The position numbers and the translations under genes are program-made. A DNA stretch of 64,000 nucleotides. Source: Heterodontus francisci (taxonomy: Eukaryota). The stretch lies in NCBI RefSeq assembly GCF_036365525.1, contig NC_090378.1, positions 118,343,593-118,407,592 on the forward strand. The letters are read 5' to 3'. Shown in pieces: positions 28,301 through 39,015 of the stretch (position 1 is the stretch's first letter; the number at the start of each line of letters is the position of its first letter). The notes beneath the pieces were generated by a model that did no database searches, was not told the DNA's origin, and saw only the letters and a program-made list of their open reading frames with translations.

Positions 28301-31300
28301 TTATATATAGCTGTGGGATGTGTCAGTACAGGAGGTGGGACTGTGTATCCATTATTATATATTATATATAGCTGTGGGATGTGTCAGTCCAGGAGGTGGG
28401 ACTGTGTATCCATTATTATATATTATATATAGCTGTGGGATGTGTCAGTCCAGGAGGTGGGACTGTGTGTCCATTATTATATATTATATATCACTGTGGG
28501 ATGTGTCAGTACGGGAGGTGGGACTGTGTGTCCATTATTATATATTATATATAGCTGTGGGATGTCTCAGTGCGGGAGGTGGGACTATTTGTCCATTATT
28601 ATCTATTATATATAACTGTGGGATGTGTCAGTCCAGGAGGTGGGACTGTGTATCCATTATTATATATTATATATAGCTGTGGGATGTGTCAGTCCAGGAG
28701 GTGGGACTGTGTATCCATTATTATCTATTATATATAACTGTGGGATGTGTCAGTACCGGAGGTGGGACTGTGTATCCATTATTATATATTATATATAGCT
28801 GTGGGATGTGTCAGTCCAGGAGGTGGGACTGTGTATCCATTATTATATATTATATATAGCTGTGGGATGTGTCAGTCCAGGAGGTGGGACTGTGTATCCA
28901 TTATTATATATTATATATAGCTGTGGGATGTGTCAGTCCAGGAGGTGGGACTGTGTATCCATTATTATATATTATATATAGCTGTGGGATGTGTCAGTCC
29001 AGGAGGTGGGACTGTGTATCCATTATTATATATTATATATAGCTGTGGGATGTGTCAGTCCAGGAGGTGGGACTGTGTATCCATTATTATATATTATATA
29101 TAGCTGTGGGATGTGTCAGTCCAGGAGGTGGGACTGTGTATCCATTATTATCTATATATATAACTGTGGGATGTGTCAGTCCAGGAGGTGGGACTGTGTG
29201 TCCATTATTATATATTATATATCACTGTGGGATGTGTCAGTCCAGGAGGTGGGACTGTGCGTCCATTATTATATATTATATATAACTGTGGGATGTGTCA
29301 GTCCAGGAGGTGGGACTGTGTATCCATTATTATATATTATATATAGCTGTGGGATGTGTCAGTCCAGGAGGTGGGACTGTGTGTCCATTATTATATATTA
29401 TATATCACTGTGGGATGTGTCAGTCCAGGAGGTGGGACTGTGCGTCCATTATTATATATTATATATAACTGTGGGATGTGTCAGTCCAGGAGGTGGGACT
29501 GTGTATCCATTATTATATATTATATATCACTGTGGGATGTGTCAGTCCAGGAGGTGGGACTGTGTGTCCATTATTATATATTATATATAACTGTGGGATG
29601 TGTCAGTCCAGGAGGTGGGACTGTGTATCCATTATTATATATTATATATAACTGTGGGATGTGTCAGTCCAGGAGGTGGGACTGTGTATCCATTATTATA
29701 TATTATATATAACTGTGGGATGTGTCAGTCCAGGAGGTGGGACTGTGCGTCCATTATTATATATTATATATAACTGTGGGATGTGTCAGTCCAGGAGGTG
29801 GGACTGTGTATCCATTATTATATATTATATATAACTGTGGGATGTGTCAGTCCAGGAGGTGGGACTGTGCGTCCATTATTATATATTATATATAACTGTG
29901 GGATGTGTCAGTCCAGGAGGTGGGACTGTGTATCCATTATTATCTATTATATATAACTGTGGGATGTGTCAGTCCAGGAGGTGGGACTGTGTATCCATTA
30001 TTATATATTATATATAGCTGTGGGATGTGTCAGTCCAGGAGGTGGGACTGTGTATCCATTATTATATATTATATATAGCTGTGGGATGTGTCAGTCCAGG
30101 AGGTGGGACTGTGTATCCATTATTATATATTATATATAGCTGTGGGATGTGTCAGTCCAGGAGGTGGGACTGTGTATCCATTATTATCTATTCTATATAA
30201 CTGTGGGATGTGTCAGTCCAGGAGGTGGGACTGTGTGTCCATTATTATATATTATATATCACTGTGGGATGTGTCAGTCCAGGAGGTGGGACTGTGTATC
30301 CATTATTATATATTATATATAGCTGTGGGATGTGTCAGTCCAGGAGGTGGGACTGTGTGTCCATTATTATATATTATATATCACTGTGGGATGTGTCAGT
30401 CCAGGAGGTGGGACTGTGCGTCCATTATTATATATTATATATAACTGTGGGATGTGTCAGTCCAGGAGGTGGGACTGTGTATCCATTATTATATATTATA
30501 TATAACTGTGGGATGTGTCAGTCCAGGAGGTGGGACTGTGTGTCCATTATTATATATTATATATAACTGTGGGATGTCTCAGTACAGGAGGTGGGACTGT
30601 GTGTCCATTATTATATATTATATATAACTGTGGGATGTGTCAGTCCAGGAGGTGGGACTGTGTGTCCATTATTATATATTATATATAACTGTGGGATGTG
30701 TCAGTCCAGGAGGTGGGACTGTGTGTCCATTATTATATATTATATATAACTGTGGGATGTGTCAGTCCAGGAGGTGGGACTGTGTGTCCATTATTATATA
30801 TTATATATAACTGTGGGATGTTTCAGTCCAGGAGGTGGGACTGTGTGTCCATTATTATATATTATATATAACTGTGGGATGTGTCAGTCCAGGAGGTGGG
30901 ACTCTGTGTCCATTATTATATATTATATATAACTGTGGGATGTGTCAGTCCAGGAGGTGGGACTGTGCGTCCATTATTATATATTATATATAACTGTGGG
31001 ATGTGTCAGTCCAGGAGGTGGGACTCTGTGTCCATTATTATATATTATATATAACTGTGGGATGTTTCAGTCCAGGAGGTGGGACTGTGTGTCCATTATT
31101 ATATATTATATATAACTGTGGGATGTGTCAGTACGGGAGGTGGGACTGTGTGTCCATTATTATTTATTATATATAACTGTGGGCTGTGTCAGTCCAGGAG
31201 GTGGGACTCTGTGTCCATTATTATATATTATATATAACTGTGGGATGTTTCAGTCCAGGAGGTGGGACTCTGTGTCCATTATTATATATTATATATAACT

Positions 31301-34300
31301 GTGGGATGTTTCAGTCCAGGAGGTGGGACTGTGTGTCCATTATTATATATTATATATAACTGTGGGATGTATCAGTCCAGGAGGTGGGACTGTGTGTCCA
31401 TTATTATATATTATATATCACTGTGGGATGCGTCAGTACGGGAGGTGGGACTGTGTGTCCATTATTATATATTATATATAGCTGTGGGATGTCTCAGTGC
31501 GGGAGGTGGGACTATTTGTCCATTATTATATATTATATATAACTGTGGGATGTGTCAGTCCAGGAGGTGGGACTGTGTATCCATTATTATATATTATATA
31601 TAACTGTGGGATGTGTCAGTCCAGGAGGTGGGACTGTGTGTCCATTATTATATATTATATATCACTGTGGGATGTGTCAGTCCAGGAGGTGGGACTGTGT
31701 ATCCATTATTATATATTATATATAGCTGTGGGATGTGTCAGTCCAGGAGGTGGGACTGTGTGTCCATTATTATATATTATATATCACTGTGGGATGTGTC
31801 AGTCCAGGAGGTGGGACTGTGTATCCATTATTATATATTATATATAGCTGTGGGATGTGTCAGTCCAGGAGGTGGGACTGTGTGTCCATTATTATATATT
31901 ATATATCACTGTGGGATGTGTCAGTCCAGGAGGTGGGACTGTGTATCCATTATTATATATTATATATAACTGTGGGATGTGTCAGTGCAGGAGGTGGGAC
32001 TGTGTGTCCATTATTATATATTATATATAACTGTGGGATGTGTCAGTACAGGAGGTGGGACTGTGTATCCATTATTATATATTATATATAACTGTGGGAT
32101 GTGTCAGTCCAGGAGGTGGGACTGTGTATCCATTATTATATATTATATATAACTGTGGGATGTGTCAGTCCAGGAGGTGGGACTGTGTATCCATTATTAT
32201 ATATTATATATAACTGTGGGATGTGTCAGTGCAGGAGGTGGGACTGTGTGCCCATTATTATATATTATATATAACTGTGGGATGTGTCAGTCCAGGAGGT
32301 GGGACTGTGTGTCCATTATTATATATTATATATAACTGTGGGATGTGTCAGTGCAGGAGGTGGGACTGTGTGCCCATTATTATATATTATATATAACTGT
32401 GGGATGTGTCAGTCCAGGAGGTGGGACTGTGCGTCCATTATTATATATTATATATAACTGTGGGATGTGTCAGTCCAGGAGGTGGGACTGTGTATCCATT
32501 ATTATATATTATATATAACTGTGGGATGTGTCAGTCCAGGAGGTGGGACTGTGCGTCCATTATTATATATTATATATAACTGTGGGATGTGTCAGTCCAG
32601 GAGGTGGGACTGTGTATCCATTATTATCTATTATATATAACTGTGGGATGTGTCAGTCCAGGAGGTGGGACTGTGTATCCATTATTATATATTATATATA
32701 GCTGTGGGATGTGTCAGTCCAGGAGGTGGGACTGTGTATCCATTATTATATATTATATATAGCTGTGGGATGTGTCAGTCCAGGAGGTGGGACTGTGTAT
32801 CCATTATTATATATTATATATAGCTGTGGGATGTGTCAGTCCAGGAGGTGGGACTGTGTATCCATTATTATCTATTCTATATAACTGTGGGATGTGTCAG
32901 TCCAGGAGGTGGGACTGTGTGTCCATTATTATATATTATATATCACTGTGGGATGTGTCAGTCCAGGAGGTGGGACTGTGTATCCATTATTATATATTAT
33001 ATATAGCTGTGGGATGTGTCAGTCCAGGAGGTGGGACTGTGTGTCCATTATTATATATTATATATCACTGTGGGATGTGTCAGTCCAGGAGGTGGGACTG
33101 TGCGTCCATTATTATATATTATATATAACTGTGGGATGTGTCAGTCCAGGAGGTGGGACTGTGTATCCATTATTATATATTATATATAACTGTGGGATGT
33201 GTCAGTCCAGGAGGTGGGACTGTGTGTCCATTATTATATATTATATATAACTGTGGGATGTCTCAGTACAGGAGGTGGGACTGTGTGTCCATTATTATAT
33301 ATTATATATAACTGTGGGATGTGTCAGTCCAGGAGGTGGGACTGTGTGTCCATTATTATATATTATATATAACTGTGGGATGTGTCAGTCCAGGAGGTGG
33401 GACTCTGTGTCCATTATTATATATTATATATAACTGTGGGATGTTTCAGTCCAGGAGGTGGGACTGTGTGTCCATTATTATATATTATATATAACTGTGG
33501 GATGTGTCAGTACGGGAGGTGGGACTGTGTGTCCATTATTATTTATTATATATAACTGTGGGCTGTGTCAGTCCAGGAGGTGGGACTCTGTGTCCATTAT
33601 TATATATTATATATAACTGTGGGATGTGTCAGTCCAGGAGGTGGGACTCTGTGTCCATTATTATATATTATATATAACTGTGGGATGTTTCAGTCCAGGA
33701 GGTGGGACTGTGTGTCCATTATTATATATTATATATAACTGTGGGATGTGTCAGTCCAGGAGGTGGGACTGTGTGTCCATTATTATATATTATATATCAC
33801 TGTGGGATGCGTCAGTACGGGAGGTGGGACTGTGTGTCCATTATTATATATTATATATAGCTGTGGGATGTCTCAGTGCGGGAGGTGGGACTATTTGTCC
33901 ATTATTATATATTATATATAACTGTGGGATGTGTCAGTCCAGGAGGTGGGACTGTGTATCCATTATTATATATTATATATAACTGTGGGATGTGTCAGTC
34001 CAGGAGGTGGGACTGTGTGTCCATTATTATATATTATATATCACTGTGGGATGTGTCAGTCCAGGAGGTGGGACTGTGTATCCATTATTATATATTATAT
34101 ATAGCTGTGGGATGTGTCAGTCCAGGAGGTGGGACTGTGTGTCCATTATTATATATTATATATCACTGTGGGATGTGTCAGTCCAGGAGGTGGGACTGTG
34201 TATCCATTATTATATATTATATATAGCTGTGGGATGTGTCAGTCCAGGAGGTGGGACTGTGTGTCCATTATTATATATTATATATCACTGTGGGATGTGT

Positions 34301-34874
34301 CAGTCCAGGAGGTGGGACTGTGTATCCATTATTATATATTATATATAACTGTGGGATGTGTCAGTGCAGGAGGTGGGACTGTGTGTCCATTATTATATAT
34401 TATATATAACTGTGGGATGTGTCAGTACAGGAGGTGGGACTGTGTATCCATTATTATATATTATATATAACTGTGGGATGTGTCAGTCCAGGAGGTGGGA
34501 CTGTGTATCCATTATTATATATTATATATAACTGTGGGATGTGTCAGTCCAGGAGGTGGGACTGTGTATCCATTATTATATATTATATATAACTGTGGGA
34601 TGTGTCAGTGCAGGAGGTGGGACTGTGTGCCCATTATTATATATTATATATAACTGTGGGATGTGTCAGTCCAGGAGGTGGGACTGTGTGTCCATTATTA
34701 TATATTATATATAACTGTGGGATGTGTCAGTGCAGGAGGTGGGACTGTGTGCCCATTATTATATATTATATATAACTGTGGGATGTGTCAGTCCAGGAGG
34801 TGGGACTGTGTGTCCATTATTATATATTATAAATAACTGTGGGATGTCTCAGTACAGGAGGTGGGACTGTGTGT
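13383..34874. repeat. 61-bp tandem satellite, right block (~350 units, homogeneous, with higher-order repeats)
   Basis: Same monomer with variants GTGC/GTCC, TGTAT/TGCGT and TAAC/TAGC/TCAC. Ends 5 bp from the V-gene nonamer. Confidence 0.98.
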
Positions 34875-34879
34875 ATTGA

Positions 34880-34907
34880 GGATTTTGTACGGCTCTGTCT
34901 CACTGTG
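34880..34907 (-). other. Recombination signal sequence (12-RSS) of the V segment
   Basis: Minus strand reads CACAGTG (34907-34901), 12-bp spacer AGACAGAGCCGT, then ACAAAATCC (34888-34880; 8/9 to ACAAAAACC), directly after CDR3 codons ...AAC ACC CCT TA. Confidence 0.96.
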
Positions 34908-35205
34908 TAAGGGGTGTTGTAACCGTTCTGACAGTAATAATCTGCGACATCCTCATTCTGCACATTGCTGATTGTCAGAGTGAATTTGGTGTTCTGTTGA
35001 CTGCCGGTGAATCGGTCGGATGTTCCTGTGCATCGAGTTGTTGCACTATAGATCAGGAGAGTGGGTTTCTGACCATCTCGCTGCTGATACCATTGAACAT
35101 ATTTGCTAACGTATTCCCTGGCCGTACAGGTGATCGTTGCGGTCTGTCCCAGTGTCACTGACAGTGCCGGTGGAGACTGGGTCATGATGGCGTCTCCACT
35201 GATAC
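34908..35205 (-). CDS. IGKV: Immunoglobulin light-chain V exon, kappa-type (shark type III/NS4-like), germline unrearranged
   Basis: After acceptor TTCAG: (G)ISG-DAIMTQSPPALSVTLGQTATITCTAREYVSKYVQWYQQRDGQKPTLLIYSATTRCTGTSDRFTGSQQNTKFTLTISNVQNEDVADYYCQNGYNTP. Conserved Cys, WYQQ, DxADYYC, short CDR2, no stops. Confidence 0.95.
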
Positions 35206-35391
35206 CTGAAGGGCAATAGAGAAACAGAGTGAAGTAAGAACTGTCACAGAAAGACCCTGTAAAATGAGATATTATTAGAGACAGTGACCGTTCCTCTTGT
35301 TTCAGCATTTTCTCTCCAATCACAAGTCAGTAGAATTGGACTGAAATAAACAGCAGGAAAATATTAACCGTGGAAGGAGAGAGATTTGTAC

Positions 35392-35440
35392 CTGCGACGC
35401 AGAATGCCAGAGGCCAGATCAGCTGGATGAGTGAAATCAT
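35392..35440 (-). CDS. IGKV: Ig light-chain leader exon (L-part1)
   Basis: ATG at 35440 gives MISLIQLIWPLAFCVA+G (49 nt). Donor GTACAA, 186-bp intron (35206-35391), phase-1 join to the V exon. Confidence 0.93.
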
Positions 35441-35500
35441 GGTGCCTGCTCCTGTCTCTGTGCCTGGTTACTGATAAACTCTCCCTTCACTGGGCTCTGC

Positions 35501-35508
35501 TTTATAAA
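35501..35508 (-). promoter_or_regulatory. TATA box of the V promoter
   Basis: TTTATAAA ~60 bp upstream of the leader ATG. Confidence 0.7.
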
Positions 35509-35546
35509 GCTGCAGCCTGTGAGAGTCTGACTGCCTGTTTCTCAGT

Positions 35547-35554
35547 ATGTAAAT
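35547..35554 (-). promoter_or_regulatory. Variant Ig octamer (ATTTACAT versus consensus ATTTGCAT)
   Basis: Light-chain orientation, ~40 bp upstream of the TATA box, one mismatch. Confidence 0.65.
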
Positions 35555-35589
35555 GGTATCACCCAGAGAAAGGCACGTCAGCAACTCTC

Positions 35590-36115
35590 ATTTCCTCTTA
35601 TCTTTCCCTCTTCCACCCTCTTCCACCCTCTCTCTCCCTCTCCATCCCCTTCTCTCTCTCTCTCTCTTTCTTTGTCCCTTTCCTTCTCTCACTGTCCGTT
35701 TCCCTTATTCTTTTTTTCTCATTTTCCGTCTCTCCTTGTCTCTCTTGCTTTTTGAAAGTCTTTCTTTGCCTGTCATCTCTCTCTGTCTCTCTCTGTCACT
35801 CTGTCTCACTGTTTCTCCTCTCTCGCTCACCCTCTTTCTCTCTCTCCATCTCTCTATCACAATATTCAAGCCTCTATCTTTGTCACCCTGTTTCTCCATG
35901 TCTTCGTGTCAGTCTCTCTGAATCATACTTCCTCCTCTCTCTTCCCCTTCTCTTTCTCTCTCTCTCTCTCCATTTCAGTCTCACAGCCTCTATCTCTCTC
36001 TCACTTGTTCTCGGCCTGTCACCCTGTAAAACCACTCCCTGTTTTGCTCTCTCTCCCTCCCTTTCTCTCTCTCTCTATTTTTTGTCTCTCTGCTGACTCA
36101 TCTCTCTCTCCCACT
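35590..36115. repeat. CT-rich low-complexity (polypyrimidine) tract
   Basis: Degenerate (CT)n runs, which produce the Leu/Ser-rich spurious ORFs. Confidence 0.85.
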
Positions 36116-36155
36116 CTCCATTGTTCTGTAATTCTGTTACTGATCTCTATAACAG

Positions 36156-36191
36156 GAGTTATTACTGGAGACTGGAACACTTTGAGGCCTG
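36156..36191 (+). CDS. Candidate micro-exon A of an unidentified gene (SYYWRLEHFEA)
   Basis: TACTGAT branch-like site and TCTCTATAACAG acceptor, 36 bp, phase 2-2, weak donor GTGCAG. Confidence 0.25.
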
Positions 36192-36265
36192 GTGCAGCAG
36201 TTAAATGTCTCCCTCTCTCTCTCACTCTGTCTCACAATCTCCACCATGCTCTCTCTTTCCCACAG

Positions 36266-36295
36266 TCTCCCAGGTGGAGCACAGTTAAATGAAAG
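36266..36295 (+). CDS. Candidate micro-exon B of an unidentified gene (LPGGAQLNE)
   Basis: CTCTCTTTCCCACAG acceptor, AAG/GTAAAA donor, 30 bp, phase 2-2. Confidence 0.35.
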
Positions 36296-36750
36296 GTAAA
36301 ACTCCCTGTGCTCTGCCCCATCAATGGATGTTAACCCTTGACCCCAGAAGCATGCCTTCTCCTGGAGTAAGGCCCCATACCCCACAGTGACCATGCTTTG
36401 GCCTCTCTCAGTAAGACTGGCAGATTATTGTCAAATTTAGGACAGTTCTGTGCTGTTGGCCTATTCTCACTGGGACTGGTTTGGACAGAAAGCTCATTTC
36501 ATGAAGGCCCAGCAGAGAGAGGAGATCCTCACCCCATCACTGGGAGCTGGAGGGACAGGATAGGGTCTGACCCACTGCCCCATCCTGTCAGCTCATAACA
36601 TGTTCAAATCCCTTCCCCTCTCCATCCCCTTCCATGGTCAGGCTCCGGGTCATGGAGTTTTACTGGGATGAGGGGTCGACAATTACACATTTACAACAAA
36701 AAGGAACTGACCACCACATCAACCATAATGTTCATGTTCCACTGGATCTA

Positions 36751-37400
36751 CAATAGGGACCAGTAAACATGGGCCTCCTTCCCACAGGACCTTCAATAGG
36801 GAACGGTAAACATGGGCCTCCTTCCCTCTGGACCTCCAATAGGTACCAGTAAACATAGGCCTCCTTCCCACTGGGTCTCCAATAGGGACCAGTAAACATG
36901 GGCCTCCTTCCCACTGGGCATCCAATAGGGACCAGTAAACATGGGCCTCCTTCCCAGTGGGTCTCCAATAGGGACCAGTAAACATGGGCCTCCTTCCCAC
37001 TGGACCTCCAAAAGGGACCAGTAAACATGGGCCTCCTTCCCACTGGACTTCCAATAGGGACCAATAAATATGGGCCTCCTTCCCACTGGACCCTCCAATA
37101 GGGACCAGTAAACATGGGCCTCCTTCCCACTGGACCCTCCAATAGGGACCAGTAAACATGGGCCTCCTTCCCACTGGGCATCCAATAGGGACCAGTGAAC
37201 ATGAGCCTCCTTCCCACTGGACCCTCCAATAGGGACCAGTGAACATGAGCCTCCTTCCCACTGGACCTCCAATTGGGACCAGTAAATATGGGCCTCCTTC
37301 CCACTGGACCTCCAATAGGGACCAGTAAACATGGGCATCCTTCCCACTGGACCTCCAACTGCGACCAGTAAATATGGACCTCCTTCCCACTAGGCCTCCA
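36751..37400. repeat. 43-bp minisatellite (~15 units)
   Basis: Unit CAATAGGGACCAGTAAACATGGGCCTCCTTCCCACTGGACCTC, period 43-44. Confidence 0.93.
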
Positions 37401-37435
37401 GTAGTTGAGCTTCAAACCCCACATCCTCTCCATCA

Positions 37436-37697
37436 TGTTGGCCTCTTATGTCTATCTCCACAACATTGCCCGTCTCTACACTACATCAGCCCCTTGACCA
37501 TACAAACCCTCATCCCTGCTTGCCTCGCCTCCTAACTCCATTATTCCCACAGTCTCTGCCAGATTCCTTCATTCACAAACCTCAACTTGTCTGAAATGCA
37601 GTTGTCCCCTCATCCCAACCCCTCCCCACTATTTCTCTTACTCTGGCTCTGTGAAGCATTTTGGGATGTTTTGTACATACTATATAAATGCAAATTC
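37436..37697 (+). mobile_element. Degraded L2-clade LINE 3' fragment
   Basis: Similar to the L2 pieces at 38.4 and 40.3 kb (HLHNIARL-like). Ends in the tail motif TGTGAAGCATTTTGGGATGTTT...TATATAAATGCAA. Confidence 0.55.
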
Positions 37698-38014
37698 TGT
37701 GTGGATTTCAGGTGGGGACAGAATTGGACACTGTGATGATGGCCAATGTAGTCAAATGTCTTGTTGACAGGCTTACACACACAGAATGGGGAAGTGGATG
37801 AGGCTGGAATGTGTTGTTGGGGCCCATGGAACTATTACCCCAGCATGAAGTGTCCCTCAGGAGGGGTGACGGAATGTTCGGAGTCCTGAGCTCCATTTCC
37901 CACACCAGGCATTTTGTCTTCCAATGAATGAATGAGATGCCAATTTCGAGCCTAGTTTAGGGACAGTCTCGTACTGTGGGCCCAGGTCTAGAAGAGGGAA
38001 TTGGAGATAGATCT

Positions 38015-38125
38015 GAAAAGGAAAGATTTGCTGGGTTATGGGGCTGGAGAGGGGCAGTGGGAGTAATTGGGTAGCTCACAGGCACGATGGGCTGAATGGC
38101 CTCCTTCTGTGCTGTAAGATTCTAG
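38015..38125 (+). mobile_element. CR1-type 3' end fragment
   Basis: GGCACGATGGGCTGAATGGCCTCCTTCTGTGCTGTAAGATTCTA resembles a CR1 3' terminal motif. Confidence 0.6.
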
Positions 38126-38369
38126 GTAGTGTGTGCGGTTCACAGTTTTCTCCCGTGTCATTACCAAACGTCCAGCTGCTCCGAGCTCCTTATTTCACTT
38201 CCTCTGTTGGTTAAGTTTCAATCTTCCGATCTGACAGTCTTTGCAGTTATTTTTTACATTGGGGATTTGTGCTGTGGTCGGAGTCTCTAATAATAACCGT
38301 CCAATCAGTGAAAATAACAGCAGCTAAGACCAGTCAGCACTGAGGACCCAGTCTCACTGGGAAACACAT

Positions 38370-39015
38370 TGGGAAGATCAAAGCCATTGTCTTCAGTTCC
38401 TGGTACAAACTCCATCCCTCTCCCTGAACACTGTCTGCTGCCGAACCAGACTCTTTACAACCTTAGCCTCATCTTTGACCCTGATCTGACCCCAAATCCT
38501 CCACATCTCAATGATTATCCACTTCCCCCTCTGTAACATTGCCCATCTCTGCCCCTCCCTCACTCCTTCCGCTACTGAAACTCTTCTTCATGTCTTTGTC
38601 ACCTCCAACTTTACTATTCCAGTGCTCTCCTGACCAGACTGCCATCCTCCACTCTCTGTATTCTTCAGCTCATCCGAAGCTCTGCTCTCTCTATCCTGTT
38701 CCAAACCAAGTCCTGTTCACCATCACCCACGTCCATGCTGACCTACATTGGGCTTCCATCCCCAAACACCCTCAAATTTCAATGTAAAATTCTACTCTCT
38801 GGATTTAAATCCCTCCGTCGTCTTGACCCACCCCCCGTATCTAGAACCTCCTTTAACCTTGGTCTCCTTGAAACACTTCACCCTCCTTAAAACCCACATC
38901 TTTAACCAAGCATTTGGTCACCCCTCCGAATCTCTCTGTATTACTTGTGTCTGTTTTCCTGATGTCATGTGAGGTGGCGTGCGATGTTTCTCTACATTAA
39001 AGAGGTGACTTGTTG
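38370..39015 (+). mobile_element. Degraded L2-clade LINE 3' fragment
   Basis: Decayed KxxAIVF...HFxLxNIAxL...ETLxHxFVTS...YSxAL and LKTHIFNQAFG motifs. Confidence 0.7.

Noticed and set aside
136-34470. Many Cys/Tyr/Ile-rich ORFs (MSVQEVGLCVHYY...)
   Set aside because: They are translations of the 61-bp satellite cycling through frames; ORF length depends only on variants that remove the TAA.
248-34874. CRISPR-like array
   Set aside because: No unique spacers, eukaryotic context and no cas genes.
34820-35323. 167-aa track ORF as the actual V protein
   Set aside because: Its N-terminus is intron read-through and its C-terminus runs through the RSS and satellite; the real structure is leader exon plus V exon.
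36383-36389. Plus-strand CACAGTG as another RSS
   Set aside because: No nonamer at 12- or 23-bp spacing and no adjacent V, D or J sequence.
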